This document shows, one piece after another, positions 43,276 through 53,865 of a DNA stretch of 64,000 bases (position 1 is the first letter of the stretch; the number at the start of each line of letters is the position of its first letter). The stretch covers positions 12,442 to 76,441 of the forward strand of contig CAKOVG010000001.1 of NCBI GenBank assembly GCA_934121875.1, read 5' to 3'. Position numbers and translations under genes: made by a program. The notes under the pieces were generated by a model that saw only the letters and a list, made by a program, of their open reading frames with translations, was not told the DNA's origin and ran no database searches. The DNA is from an uncultured Clostridia bacterium. Its GTDB lineage: Bacteria; Bacillota; Clostridia; TANB77; CAG-508.

Positions 43276-45684
43276 TTATTTTCTTAATTCTGCTCCTAAA
43301 TTTTTTTCAAGTTCTGCAATTATTTCTTTCATAATTCCATTTACTTCTTCATCTTTTAATGTTCTATCTGGAACTCTAAATTTCAAACTATATGCAACAC
43401 TCTTTTTATTTTCTCCAAGTTTTTCACTTCTATAAACATCAAATAGTTTAGCTTCTTCCAAGTTTTTCTTTGCTTTCTTTTGAATAATCTTTTCAATTTC
43501 TCCAACTTCAGTATTTTCATTTACAACCATTGCAATATCTCTTTCTATTGCTGGAAATTTTATAATTTGAGCATATTTTTTATTTTTTCTTGCATATTTT
43601 GTAAGTTTATCCAAATTAACTTCTGCTAGTAATACTCTTTGAGTTATATCATAATTTTTTGTAAGTAGTGGATTAGCCTCTCCAAATGTTGCAATTACGT
43701 CATTTCCAACTACGAAGTTAGCACATCTACCTGGATGATACATTGCATTTTCTTTTTCTTTTTTAATGTCGAATCTAGAAACACCTGCTAGTTCTATTAA
43801 ATTTTCTACTGTTCCTTTTAATGTATAAAAATCTTCTGAATCACTATACATACCAATTGTCAAAATATTGCTTTCTAAAGGTAATTCTCCGTTTTCAATT
43901 GTTTCATTCTTATTTTGGTATATTCTTGATAAATCAAACAATTTTACATTTTTGTTTTTGTAATTGTTATTATTTGCAAGCATTTGCATCATTGTAGGTA
44001 CAGATGTTGTTTTCATTAAATTATAGTCTTCACTAAGTGGATTTTGTATTCTTACAGCTTCTTTTAAGTATATATTATCTCCTGTAATGTTGCATTTAGC
44101 TAAATCTTTTTCGCTTAAAAATCCAAATGTGCAAATTTCTGATAGCCCAGTATTAACTAAAAATTTTGAAATTTCATCAGATATTTTTTGTTCTTTATTT
44201 CTTCCACCTAAGGTAGTTTCTGCATTTATTAATGTAGTACCTAATTTGTCATACCCATAAAATCTTAAAACTTCTTCTGCAACATCTGCAAGTTGTTCAA
44301 CATCTTGTCTAAAATATGGTGGAGTTATTATATCATTTTCAACTTTCATATCTAATTTTTCTAAAATTTTTATCATTTCTTGCTTTGATAAATTTATTCC
44401 TATTAAGGAATTTATTCTTTCTACATTTAACGGAATATTATTTACTTTTTGTTTCACTGGGTACACATCAACTTTTCCTTCTACTGCTTTTCCTGCGCCA
44501 ATTAATTCTACTAATTCTACTGCTCTATTTACTGCTCTTATAGCATTTTCTGGAGATAATCCCTTTTCATAACGGCTAGATGCCTCTGTTCTTAATCCTA
44601 CTGCTTTTGCTGTTTTTCTAACACTTCCTCCATTAAATACTGCTGATTCAAATACTACTGTTTGAGTATTTTCTTCTATCTCTGAATTTTGACCACCCAT
44701 AACACCTGCAATAGCTACTGGTTTTTTAGAGTCTGCAATAACTAGCATATTTTCATTTAGCTCTCTTTCTTGGTCATCTAACGTAATTATCTTTTCGCCT
44801 TTTTCAGCTCTTCTAACTGTAATATGCTTTCCATTAATTGAGTTTATATCAAAAGCATGCATTGGTTGGCCCATTTCTATCATAACATAGTTTGTAATAT
44901 CTACTATGTTATTTATTGCTCTTACACCACAACTATTTAGTCTCTTTACCATCCAATCTGGAGATGATGCAATTTTTACATTTTTTACTACCCTAGCAAT
45001 ATATCTATAGCATAGATCTGGTGCTGTAATTTCAACAGTTATTCCCTCTACATTGTCTTTATTTTCAACTTGCATTTCATCTATATTTTTGCGTGGTGCT
45101 TTAAAAGGCTCATCTAATGTTACTGCTACTTCTCTTCCCAAGCCTTCTATTGATAAGCAGTCTGGTCTATTGGGAGTAATTTCAAAGTCTATTACAGTTT
45201 GATTTATTCCTAGTACATCTTTTATATCTTCTCCTATCTTTTCTTCCATTTTTTTGTCTAATATCATTATTCCATCTTCAATTTGATTTGGATAATTATT
45301 AATATCTAACCCTAACTCTCCTACAGAACACATCATTCCACAAGAGTCTACGCCTCTTAATTTTCCTGTTTTTATTTCTACTCCACCTGGAAGCTTTGCT
45401 CCATCTTTTGCTATTGGAACTATATTTCCAACATTAATATTTTTTGCTCCAGTTACTATTTGTAATACCTCTGTTTTTATATCTACTTTAGTTATTACTA
45501 AATGGTCTGAATCTTCATGTGGCTTGATTTCAAGAATCTTTCCAACAACAACATTTTGAATATCAGCCCCTTGTTCTTCTATTGTTTCTACCTTAGACCC
45601 TGTCATTGTTAATTTGTCTGCTAATTCTTTAGCAGTAACATTTATGTTTGTATATTCTTTTAGCCATTCTATACTTGCTTTCAT
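43276..45684 (-). CDS. pheT: phenylalanine--tRNA ligase beta subunit
   Basis: 802 aa with B3/B4, tRNA-binding and B5 domains. It is downstream of pheS. Confidence 0.9.
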   Translation of the reverse strand: MKASIEWLKEYTNINVTAKELADKLTMTGSKVETIEEQGADIQNVVVGKILEIKPHEDSDHLVITKVDIKTEVLQIVTGAKNINVGNIVPIAKDGAKLPGGVEIKTGKLRGVDSCGMMCSVGELGLDINNYPNQIEDGIMILDKKMEEKIGEDIKDVLGINQTVIDFEITPNRPDCLSIEGLGREVAVTLDEPFKAPRKNIDEMQVENKDNVEGITVEITAPDLCYRYIARVVKNVKIASSPDWMVKRLNSCGVRAINNIVDITNYVMIEMGQPMHAFDINSINGKHITVRRAEKGEKIITLDDQERELNENMLVIADSKKPVAIAGVMGGQNSEIEENTQTVVFESAVFNGGSVRKTAKAVGLRTEASSRYEKGLSPENAIRAVNRAVELVELIGAGKAVEGKVDVYPVKQKVNNIPLNVERINSLIGINLSKQEMIKILEKLDMKVENDIITPPYFRQDVEQLADVAEEVLRFYGYDKLGTTLINAETTLGGRNKEQKISDEISKFLVNTGLSEICTFGFLSEKDLAKCNITGDNIYLKEAVRIQNPLSEDYNLMKTTSVPTMMQMLANNNNYKNKNVKLFDLSRIYQNKNETIENGELPLESNILTIGMYSDSEDFYTLKGTVENLIELAGVSRFDIKKEKENAMYHPGRCANFVVGNDVIATFGEANPLLTKNYDITQRVLLAEVNLDKLTKYARKNKKYAQIIKFPAIERDIAMVVNENTEVGEIEKIIQKKAKKNLEEAKLFDVYRSEKLGENKKSVAYSLKFRVPDRTLKDEEVNGIMKEIIAELEKNLGAELRK

Positions 45685-45713
45685 TTATATCATCCTTTCT
45701 TTTTCAATTAAAC

Positions 45714-46736
45714 TTAAAATTGTTTTAAGAATCTTACATCATTTTCATACAACAAACGCATATCATCAATTCCAAATTTGGCCATTGCAATTCTTTCTAC
45801 GCCAAATCCAAAGGCAAATCCTGAATATTCTTCTGGGTCAATTCCACAGTTTCTAAGTACATTTGGGTGTACCATTCCACAACCTAAAAGTTCTATCCAA
45901 CCTTCTCCTTTACATACTCTACATCCTTTTCCTCCACATACAAAGCATGATACATCAGCTTCTGCACTTGGTTCTGTAAATGGGAAATGGTGTGGTCTAA
46001 ACCTAATTTGTGTTTTTTCTCCCAAACATTTTTTAGCAAACATATCTAGTGTTCCTTTTAAATCAGCCATTGATATATTTTTGTCAATTACTAATCCTTC
46101 AATTTGATGAAATACTGGTGAATGTGTTGCATCTACACTGTCTGAACGATATACTGCGCCTGGGCAAATTATTTTTATTGGTGGCTTTTGGCTTTCCATT
46201 ACCCTTGCTTGTACTGGTGATGTTTGTGAACGAAGTACTATGTCATCAGTAATATAAAATGTGTCTTGTATATCTCTTGCTGGGTGGTCTGGTGGTGTAT
46301 TCAATTTATCAAAATTGTATGTAGCAAGTTCTATTTCTGGTCCATTTGCAATTTCATATCCCATACCAATAAATATTTCTTCTACATCTTTGATAATTTG
46401 TGTTATTGGGTGTACACTTCCCAAACTTATCTTTTTACTTGGCATTGTAACATCTATGTTTTCACTTACCAATCTATTTTGTATTTCTAAATCTGCAAAA
46501 TGTTTTTCTCCTTCTTCTATTTCAGCTTCCAATTCGTCCCTTATTTGGTTTACTAAACTACCAATAATTGGTCTTTCTTCTTGTGAAAGACCTCCCATTC
46601 CTCTTAGTATTAAAGTAAGCTCACCTTTTTTTCCTAAATATTTAACTCTTACTTCATCTAATTCTTTTGCATTTTTTGCACCATTTATTTCGTTTAGTGC
46701 ATTCTCCTTAATTTTAGCAATTTTTTCTTGCATATA
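45714..46736 (-). CDS. pheS: phenylalanine--tRNA ligase alpha subunit
   Basis: Class II aaRS motifs ([24 protein letters not shown]). Start chosen at [10 protein letters not shown]. Confidence 0.9.
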   Translation of the reverse strand, partial: YMQEKIAKIKENALNEINGAKNAKELDEVRVKYLGKKGELTLILRGMGGLSQEERPIIGSLVNQIRDELEAEIEEGEKHFADLEIQNRLVSENIDVTMPSKKISLGSVHPITQIIKDVEEIFIGMGYEIANGPEIELATYNFDKLNTPPDHPARDIQDTFYITDDIVLRSQTSPVQARVMESQKPPIKIICPGAVYRSDSVDATHSPVFHQIEGLVIDKNISMADLKGTLDMFAKKCLGEKTQIRFRPHHFPFTEPSAEADVSCFVCGGKGCRVCKGEGWIELLGCGMVHPNVLRNCGIDPEEYSGFAFGFGVERIAMAKFGIDDMRLLYENDVRFLKQF

Positions 46737-46975
46737 ACTTCCTTTCCGGTTAATACAAAAAATCCGTTTTGCCCTATATAGGACGAAACGGATTCGTGGT
46801 ACCACCTAAATTTATTAATTATTATAATTAACCTTATTATAGCTTTAACGTTGCAACCGCTTTTTTCTACTTTGTTTCAAAAAAAGACCTAAAAAAGTGA
46901 AATTTCTGTAAAAGTATAGTATAGGTTTCCACCAGCCCTACTCTCTAAAACTACATTGCCTTTTACCTACTTTGC
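46737..46975 (-). promoter_or_regulatory. T-box riboswitch leader of pheST (Phe-specific predicted)
   Basis: On the minus strand the leader carries an AGAGA box, the T-box antiterminator core AAATTAGGTGGTACCACG, and an overlapping terminator AATCCGTTTCGTCC-TATATA-GGGCAAAACGGATTTTTTG just before the RBS. Confidence 0.7.
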
Positions 46976-47179
46976 TTTTTTGTTGGTTTTATTTTTATGC
47001 TCTATATTTTAGCACCAATTTATGGTAAAATCAAGTGTTTTTTGATTATTTCAAATTTTCTATATTTACGCACCATACAATACACTATCCATTTTTGTTA
47101 CATTTTATTATACTATAAAAAATTAACTTTTATTTTTTTTATTCATATAATATATCAAAATATTTGTGGAGGTATTACT

Positions 47180-48064
47180 GTGAAAAAAAATTTATTTATT
47201 GGTTGTGGTACCGCTTTGGTTACTCCTTTTAATGAATATGGGGTTGACTTTGATACTCTAAAAACTCTTATTGATTTTCAAATTCAGCAAGGTGCTGATG
47301 CCCTTATTATTCTTGGAACAACTGGCGAGGCAACTACAATGACTTTAGAAGAAAAAAAGCAAGTTGTTAAATTTACAATTGACAATGTACATAGGCAAAT
47401 TCCTATTATTGTTGGAGCTGGTGGTAACAATACAAAAGATGTAATTGAGTTTAGCCAATACCTTGAAAGTGTTGGTGTGGATGGCTTACTGCTTGTTACG
47501 CCATATTACAACAAAACTACTCAAAGTGGCTTAATTATGCATTATTCTGAGATTGCAAAAAATACTTCTCTGCCAATTATTTTATATAATGTACCTAGTA
47601 GAACAGGTCTAAATATAGAACCTGAAACTTGTGTAGAACTATCTAAAATTACTAACATTGTTGCTATAAAAGAAGCAAGTGGTAACATTTCGCAAATAGC
47701 TAAAATTGTTAGTTTATGTGGCGACAATTTAAATATTTACTCTGGTAACGATGATCAAATTCTTCCTATTTTATCTTTAGGTGGAATTGGTGTTATTTCT
47801 GTTCTTTCAAATATTGCACCTACGTTTGTGCATAATATGGTTTTTGATTATTTGAGTGGTAATTATACTTTGGCAAAAGATTCGCAAATAGAAGCAATTT
47901 CTCTTATAAATACTTTATTTAGTGAAACTAACCCTATACCAGTAAAATCAGCACTATCTATGATGGGATATGATGGTATGCAAATTCGTTTACCTTTAGT
48001 TCCTATGTCATTAGAAGGTCAGAAAAATCTAAAAAAAGAATTACAAAGATTCAAGTTAATTTAA
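47180..48064 (+). CDS. dapA: 4-hydroxy-tetrahydrodipicolinate synthase
   Basis: GTG start with a GGAGG RBS. DapA motifs are present (ALIILGTTGE, the IKEASG lysine region). Confidence 0.85.
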   Translation: MKKNLFIGCGTALVTPFNEYGVDFDTLKTLIDFQIQQGADALIILGTTGEATTMTLEEKKQVVKFTIDNVHRQIPIIVGAGGNNTKDVIEFSQYLESVGVDGLLLVTPYYNKTTQSGLIMHYSEIAKNTSLPIILYNVPSRTGLNIEPETCVELSKITNIVAIKEASGNISQIAKIVSLCGDNLNIYSGNDDQILPILSLGGIGVISVLSNIAPTFVHNMVFDYLSGNYTLAKDSQIEAISLINTLFSETNPIPVKSALSMMGYDGMQIRLPLVPMSLEGQKNLKKELQRFKLI

Positions 48065-48167
48065 TGTTAATTTTTGTTAATTTATTAAAATTCTATTAAA
48101 TTAGTATCATTTTGTGGTACTATATGATATAATTAAAATAGAGTTTTTAAAAAGGGGAATTTGCTTT

Positions 48168-48719
48168 ATGACAACAAAAGATTTAATAGTTGAAAACACC
48201 TCTTTAGAAGAGTTTTTCACTATTATAAATGATTTAGTTAAAAATGTTAAGGTTCAAGAAATGAAAATATATAATCAACATGCACACACTTCTTGCTATA
48301 AGCACTGTATGCAGGTTGCATATTATACCTATATAGTTTGCAAAAAGTTAAACCTAGACTATGTTTCTGCCACTCGTGGTGCAATGCTTCATGATTTATT
48401 TCTATATGACTGGCACACTCATATTAGAGAAGACAAAAGTTGGAAAGGACAGCATGCTTTTATGCATCCTAAAATTGCATTAAAAAATGCTACTGAAATT
48501 TTTAATTTGAATGATATAGAAAAAGATGTAATTGTTAATCATATGTGGCCAGTTACTATTAAATTTCCACATTACAAAGAAACTGTTGTAGTTACTTTTG
48601 CAGATAAGTATAGTGCTTTAGTTGAAACTTTTAAACATATTAGAGGCATTTTACATACAAAAAAATTCTATAAATATGCTTATGTATTTTTAAGTTTAAT
48701 TGTTTTTAGAATAATATAA
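48168..48719 (+). CDS. HD-domain phosphohydrolase family protein
   Basis: HD motif region (HAHTS...HDLFLYDWH). Confidence 0.55.
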   Translation: MTTKDLIVENTSLEEFFTIINDLVKNVKVQEMKIYNQHAHTSCYKHCMQVAYYTYIVCKKLNLDYVSATRGAMLHDLFLYDWHTHIREDKSWKGQHAFMHPKIALKNATEIFNLNDIEKDVIVNHMWPVTIKFPHYKETVVVTFADKYSALVETFKHIRGILHTKKFYKYAYVFLSLIVFRII

Positions 48720-48751
48720 ATTTGATTGAATATATTAAATTATGATTCCTT

Positions 48752-48825
48752 GGGACGGAGTTAAAAGTCATTGTTAATTTAAAAAAAGGTGATTTTTGAC
48801 CCCGTCCCAAAAGTCACCCAAAGTT
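48752..48825. repeat. Intergenic repeat family 2, short copy C (GGGACGGAGTTAAAAGTCA ... TGATTTTTGACCCCGTCCC-AAAAGTCACCCAAAGT hairpin)
   Basis: It shares the GGGACGG(A/G)GTCAAAAA inverted-repeat core and the AAAAGTCACCCAAAGT tail with 61721..61845. Confidence 0.5.
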
Positions 48826-48838
48826 GTTGGAGGTTTTT

Positions 48839-49576
48839 ATGATTAAGGTTTTGGTAAATGGTATTAATGGAAAAATGGGTAGTGAAGTTGCAAAGTTGAT
48901 AAATCTACATCCAAATATGCATTTGTTAGGTGGTCTTAACAGAAAATGTATGCATAACCTTTCATACCCTATTTACAATGATTTTAACAATATTTTTGAA
49001 CTTCCTAATGTTATTATTGATTTTTCAACTCCTGAAGCCACTATTGGTATTTTAGATTTTGCTATATTAAAAAATATTGCGCTTGTAATTGCTACTACTG
49101 GTTTTACTAAAGAACAGCAAACTAAAATTTTAGACGCTTCTAAGCATATTGCTATCTTTCAGTCTGCAAATATGTCTTATGAAATTGCCTTAATGAAGGA
49201 TATTGTAAGTAATCTTTCTCAAAAGCTTCCAAATTCTGAAATTGAAATTGTAGAAACACATCATAATAGAAAAGTAGACAGTCCTAGTGGAACTGCATTA
49301 GCTCTTGCTAATGCTATTCAAGAGGCAAATGATAATAAGTATTATTATGAATTTAATAGAATGCAAAAACATGAAAAAAGAAATCCAAATGAAATTGGAT
49401 TTTCTAGTATTCGTGGTGGTAATATTGTTGGTGAACACAGTGTAATATTTTTTAATGATAATGAATGTTTTGAGGTTAGGCACACAGCTTATTCTCGCAG
49501 TATTTTTGCCGAAGGAGCCTTGAAAGCTGCTGAATTTATAGTAAAGCAACCTGCAGGATATTACAATAATATTTAA
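48839..49576 (+). CDS. dapB: 4-hydroxy-tetrahydrodipicolinate reductase
   Basis: N-terminal Rossmann motif (KVLVNGINGKMG) and the conserved EIVETHHNRKVDSPSGTA segment. Confidence 0.85.
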   Translation: MIKVLVNGINGKMGSEVAKLINLHPNMHLLGGLNRKCMHNLSYPIYNDFNNIFELPNVIIDFSTPEATIGILDFAILKNIALVIATTGFTKEQQTKILDASKHIAIFQSANMSYEIALMKDIVSNLSQKLPNSEIEIVETHHNRKVDSPSGTALALANAIQEANDNKYYYEFNRMQKHEKRNPNEIGFSSIRGGNIVGEHSVIFFNDNECFEVRHTAYSRSIFAEGALKAAEFIVKQPAGYYNNI

Positions 49577-49962
49577 AATATATTTACTATTTTCAGTGTA
49601 GATTTGTCTTTTATGTGCTCTAGTATAAATATGCAGTTATTTAAATCTTTTATTGCTAAGTCATAACTTTCTGTTTCTACCTCAGCTTTCAATTTTGTAA
49701 GTTCTGTGCTTACTTTTTCGAGCTCATCATGTTCTATATAATAAGCTAAAGTTTCTGACTTTTCGTCCCATATATCATTTATTTTACTTATGTGATTTTG
49801 AGCTTCATGTTTTTTTACATTTTCATTCGAAATTTCATTTTTAAAAGTATTAAGTTCTTCATTCATTGTCTTAACTGTTTTATTTGTATTGTTTTGAGTT
49901 ATAATATTTCCTGCTATAACTAGCACTATTATTATAATTATAATAACTAATTCCTTATACAT
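49573..49962 (-). CDS. hypothetical membrane-anchored coiled-coil protein
   Basis: 129-aa ORF with an N-terminal TM helix and a charged helical remainder. Confidence 0.4.
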   Translation of the reverse strand: MYKELVIIIIIIVLVIAGNIITQNNTNKTVKTMNEELNTFKNEISNENVKKHEAQNHISKINDIWDEKSETLAYYIEHDELEKVSTELTKLKAEVETESYDLAIKDLNNCIFILEHIKDKSTLKIVNIF

Positions 49963-49971
49963 ATTTCTCCT

Positions 49972-50643
49972 CTATTTTTCTTTTTTCTGACAGAAAATTT
50001 GTCCCTTTCCATCATAAGTCACTATTAAGGCTTCGTGTGGTGTCATATTAAATTTCTCCACTTGTTTTTTTAGCCATATTTCATTTTTACCAATTTTTCT
50101 TAAATTTTCATTTAACATTTTTCCGTCTATTACTAAATCATATGGTAAACCTTCATAATCTGGCTCAATATTAAAATCTTCTGGCGTTGTTGTGCGTTTG
50201 TTAGGTTTTTGAATGACAGTTACTTGCCCACTTGTTTCTAATATTGCATATTCAACATCTCCTAAATTTACAACATTGTTTCCTCTTAATCTTTCTTCTA
50301 ACTCATTTATAGTAAATCTTTCTTTTTTTAAAGCTTTTTCGTCTATCTTTCCTCTATATATTAGTATTGTTGGTCTTCCACACAAAATTTCTCTTCCTCG
50401 TATGCTTTTGATGTTTATAATAGAAATTACTAAGTGCATTACTAAAAGTCCTAAGATTGGTATAATTCCATTTGTAATTGGTATTCCAACATCTGTCATA
50501 GGTATTGAAGCTAAATCGGCTATCATAATTGAAATTGCAAGTTCAAATGGCTGTAATTGTCCTATTTCTCTTTTTCCCATTAACCTCATAACTACTAAAA
50601 CGAGTATGTATAATACAATAGTTCTTATTAAAGTAATTATCAT
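49972..50643 (-). CDS. DUF421 (YetF-like) membrane protein
   Basis: N-terminal DUF421-type TM region (MRLMGKREIGQLQPFELAISIMIADLA) and a C-terminal YetF-like domain. Confidence 0.65.
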   Translation of the reverse strand: MIITLIRTIVLYILVLVVMRLMGKREIGQLQPFELAISIMIADLASIPMTDVGIPITNGIIPILGLLVMHLVISIINIKSIRGREILCGRPTILIYRGKIDEKALKKERFTINELEERLRGNNVVNLGDVEYAILETSGQVTVIQKPNKRTTTPEDFNIEPDYEGLPYDLVIDGKMLNENLRKIGKNEIWLKKQVEKFNMTPHEALIVTYDGKGQIFCQKKEK

Positions 50644-50786
50644 TTTTTTAATCCTTTCATAAGTTTTTAATATAATTTTGAGCTAAAATAAAAAAAAATA
50701 TTCATTGTTTGAATAATTTTTGTTTTTAAGTAAATAATAAAATTAGCAAACCATGTAACTTATTTTAAAATTAAGGAGGTTTAGAC

Positions 50787-51161
50787 ATGTCAAACGAAAA
50801 TACAAATACAAGATCTAATACTAAAAGTACCACTTGGCAAATAATTGGTAGATTAATTACTGCAGCCATAGTTCTTGCTATTACAGCATTTTTTACACCT
50901 GGTTTTAACATTAGTAACTTTTGGGCTTTAGCCGCTGCAGCAATTGTACTTACAGTTATCGACTATTTAATTACTAAATTTACTGGTTTACATGCTAGTT
51001 CTTTTGGTAAAGGTTTTGTAGGTTTTGTTCTTTCTGCTATGGTATTATATGTAACACAATACTTTGTTGCAGGTTATACTGTTTCTTGGATGGCCGCAAT
51101 AGTTGGTGCACTAGTATATGGTGTTGTAGATTACTTTATACCTGGTGAACAACAATATTAA
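50787..51161 (+). CDS. small 4-TM membrane protein, phage holin family 4 (YvlD-like)
   Basis: The TPGFNISNFWALAAAAIVLTVIDYLI pattern and overall size of 124 aa fit the family. Confidence 0.5.
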   Translation: MSNENTNTRSNTKSTTWQIIGRLITAAIVLAITAFFTPGFNISNFWALAAAAIVLTVIDYLITKFTGLHASSFGKGFVGFVLSAMVLYVTQYFVAGYTVSWMAAIVGALVYGVVDYFIPGEQQY

Positions 51162-51165
51162 AGTA

Positions 51166-51194
51166 AAAGGCTTTTGCAAATGCAAAAGCCTTTA
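51166..51194. terminator. Bidirectional terminator AAAAGGCTTTTGC-AAAT-GCAAAAGCCTTT
   Basis: Perfect 12-bp stem between convergent genes. Confidence 0.6.
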
Positions 51195-51197
51195 TTT

Positions 51198-52454
51198 CTA
51201 TTTTCCCTTATTCCATTCTTCTTTGTTAGTTTGTCTTTCTCTAGCAATACTCAAGGCTTCTGATGGCACATCTTGAGTAATTGTTGAACCTGCTGCAACT
51301 AAAACATGGTCTCCTAAAGTTACAGGTGCCACTAAGTTTACATTTGATCCTATAAAACAGTTGTCTCCAATTTTTGTTTTGTGTTTATTTTTTCCGTCAT
51401 AATTACATGTAATTGTTCCACAACCAATATTACATTTTGTTCCTATCTCACAGTCTCCCATGTATGATAAGTGTGGTACTTTTGAACCTTCTGCAATAAT
51501 TGCTTTTTTAATTTCTACAAAACTTCCAACTTTTACTTTGTCTGCCAATTTGCATCCTTCACGAATATATGCATTTGGTCCTATGTTGCAGTCTTCCCCA
51601 ATTACAACACCTGATTTAATAGTTGTGTTTGGATGAATTACTGTGTCCATTCCAATTTTTACATCTTCGTAAATATATGTTGTGTTAATATCTTCTATTG
51701 TTACACCATTGTTCATATGCATTGTGTTGATTTTTATTCTTAAAATTCTTGTTAGCATTTCTAATTGAATTTTCGTGTTAAGGCTTAAAATTTCTGTATT
51801 GTCTTCTACTAAAACTCCTCCAATTTTTTTGCCAGATGCAACTAACATTTTAATTACATCTGTTAAATAGTATAGTCCCATACTATTCTTCTTTAAAGTT
51901 CCAATAACTTTAACTATTTCTGAAATTTCAAAGCAATATACTCCTGCATTTACTTCTAATCTTTTCTTTTCTTCTTCTGATAGTTCTTTTTCTTCTATAA
52001 TTTCTGTAATTTTATTATTTACTCTAATAACTCTACCATATCCTGTTGGTTCACTTATAATACCTGTAAGTATTGTAGCTGCTTCATTTTCCTCCTCAGA
52101 TTTTTCTACAATTTCTTTAATAGTTTCTGGTGTAATCAATGGTATATTTCCATTTGCAATTACAACTCTACCGTTTTTACTCTCTAAGTAATTTGTTGCC
52201 TGCATAATTGCGTGACCTGTTCCTAAACAACCTTTTTGTTCTAAATATGTAACCTCATCTTTTAAAATTCCTTCTATTTCTTCTCTGTTTTCTCCAACAA
52301 TAACTGCAACATCTTCTATTCCAGCTTTCTTCATACTGTCAACAACTCTTTTAATAACTGCCTTTCCATATAACTCTTGTGCTAATTTTGATTTTTTTGA
52401 TTTCATTCTGTCATCTGTTCCTGCTGCCATTACTAAACCTATTACATTTTCCAT
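51198..52454 (-). CDS. glmU: bifunctional GlcNAc-1-P uridyltransferase/GlcN-1-P acetyltransferase GlmU-like
   Basis: N-terminal nucleotidyltransferase fold (LVMAAGTDDRMKS) and a C-terminal left-handed beta-helix of hexapeptide repeats. Confidence 0.75.
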   Translation of the reverse strand: MENVIGLVMAAGTDDRMKSKKSKLAQELYGKAVIKRVVDSMKKAGIEDVAVIVGENREEIEGILKDEVTYLEQKGCLGTGHAIMQATNYLESKNGRVVIANGNIPLITPETIKEIVEKSEEENEAATILTGIISEPTGYGRVIRVNNKITEIIEEKELSEEEKKRLEVNAGVYCFEISEIVKVIGTLKKNSMGLYYLTDVIKMLVASGKKIGGVLVEDNTEILSLNTKIQLEMLTRILRIKINTMHMNNGVTIEDINTTYIYEDVKIGMDTVIHPNTTIKSGVVIGEDCNIGPNAYIREGCKLADKVKVGSFVEIKKAIIAEGSKVPHLSYMGDCEIGTKCNIGCGTITCNYDGKNKHKTKIGDNCFIGSNVNLVAPVTLGDHVLVAAGSTITQDVPSEALSIARERQTNKEEWNKGK

Positions 52455-52469
52455 AATAAACTTTCTCCT

Positions 52470-53696
52470 TTATTTATATTTTTCATTATATAATTTAACA
52501 GCTGTTTCTGGGCTGTCATTTCCTGTACGATTTTTTACTGGTGCAAACTCGTTTTCTCTTTTTACCCTCATTATTGTCATACTGTTATATCTTGTAAATA
52601 CATCAAATATGAAGGTCTCAAATTTAAATACATTTGGTTCATCAGGTTCTATAAATTTTCCATTTACATTTAGATAACCTGACTTTTTAAATGCCGCATG
52701 ATATGGTAATTTAGCATCTGCTAAGTTTTCTAAAACATTTCTGTTATATAAGTATGTACCTATATTAACCTCTCCATACATTAATTCTCCATTTTCGTCT
52801 AATTCTTCTGCCATTTCTTCTGGTAAATCAATATATTCAATTATTTTAGGTTTGCCATTCATTTTGCAAAATACTCCTACTTTTTCTTTTGGGTTAGTTT
52901 TTGCAACTGACTTTGAGGCAATTACATTGTTTTCTTTAATTGTTAAACCTAATAAAATTGGATCTACAAAGTTTGATAATATATTATCAATTCCACTTAT
53001 AAATATCCAGTCTATTTGATTTTGTTTTAGCTCAGCTAATAAACCTGATTTTGCAAATGCTTCATAAATTCCACCATTTCCGTCTGCTGCTTCTTTTATT
53101 CTAGCATTCTCGTCTAATATTACTCTTTCTTGAGTATCTATTAAAGGTAATTCGCCTTGTTTAAAAAATTTAACCTTATCTTTTTCATACCCAAAGTAAT
53201 TATTATTTTCTAGAAATAAAACTGTTTCATTATGATTGTCTTTGCTAGTCATTATATACCAAGGTATTGTAACTCCATATTCTTCCTTTGCCTTTTTTAA
53301 TCTGTCTATAATTATTTCAAATATATATTTTTTACCATTTACAGTATCTAAGGCATATGTACCTTTTGGTCCTTTGTGTCCAAGCCTTGTTCCTTGACCA
53401 CCTGCCATTGTTATAACTGCATAGTGACCTTGTTTTATAATTTCTGTTCCAATGTTTGCGAGTTCTTGTTCTTGTTCTTTTGACATTTTTTCTTTATCTG
53501 TATATGGAATTTGTTCAATCTTTTTTTCTTCTATGACTTTTTCTTGTTTTGTGCTTTCATATAAATTTTGTAATTGTTCAAAATCTATACTTAATATTTG
53601 TTTTTCTAGTTCTTGTTGTTGCTTTTCACTTAAATTGTATTCTAATATATGCTCTTGATGATATTTTTTTAATATTGAAATAGCTTTTTCTTTCAT
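52470..53696 (-). CDS. UDPGP-family (eukaryotic-type UDP-sugar/UDP-GlcNAc) pyrophosphorylase
   Basis: MAGGQGTRLGHKGPKGTY and the surrounding PF01704-like signature. Start chosen at the internal ATG preceded by a GAGGTGGG RBS. Confidence 0.65.
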   Translation of the reverse strand: MKEKAISILKKYHQEHILEYNLSEKQQQELEKQILSIDFEQLQNLYESTKQEKVIEEKKIEQIPYTDKEKMSKEQEQELANIGTEIIKQGHYAVITMAGGQGTRLGHKGPKGTYALDTVNGKKYIFEIIIDRLKKAKEEYGVTIPWYIMTSKDNHNETVLFLENNNYFGYEKDKVKFFKQGELPLIDTQERVILDENARIKEAADGNGGIYEAFAKSGLLAELKQNQIDWIFISGIDNILSNFVDPILLGLTIKENNVIASKSVAKTNPKEKVGVFCKMNGKPKIIEYIDLPEEMAEELDENGELMYGEVNIGTYLYNRNVLENLADAKLPYHAAFKKSGYLNVNGKFIEPDEPNVFKFETFIFDVFTRYNSMTIMRVKRENEFAPVKNRTGNDSPETAVKLYNEKYK

Positions 53697-53865
53697 TCTA
53701 TCCCACCTCATATGATATATTATTCAGTAAATTGCTCACTTGTTTAATGTTATATCATAAAAAATAAAATTTGACAAGAGATTACATTTTTTTCAAAAAC
53801 ATATTCCATTTTGCTTGAGAATATAGTATAATATAGATGTTATAAATTTAAAGGAGATTAATTTT

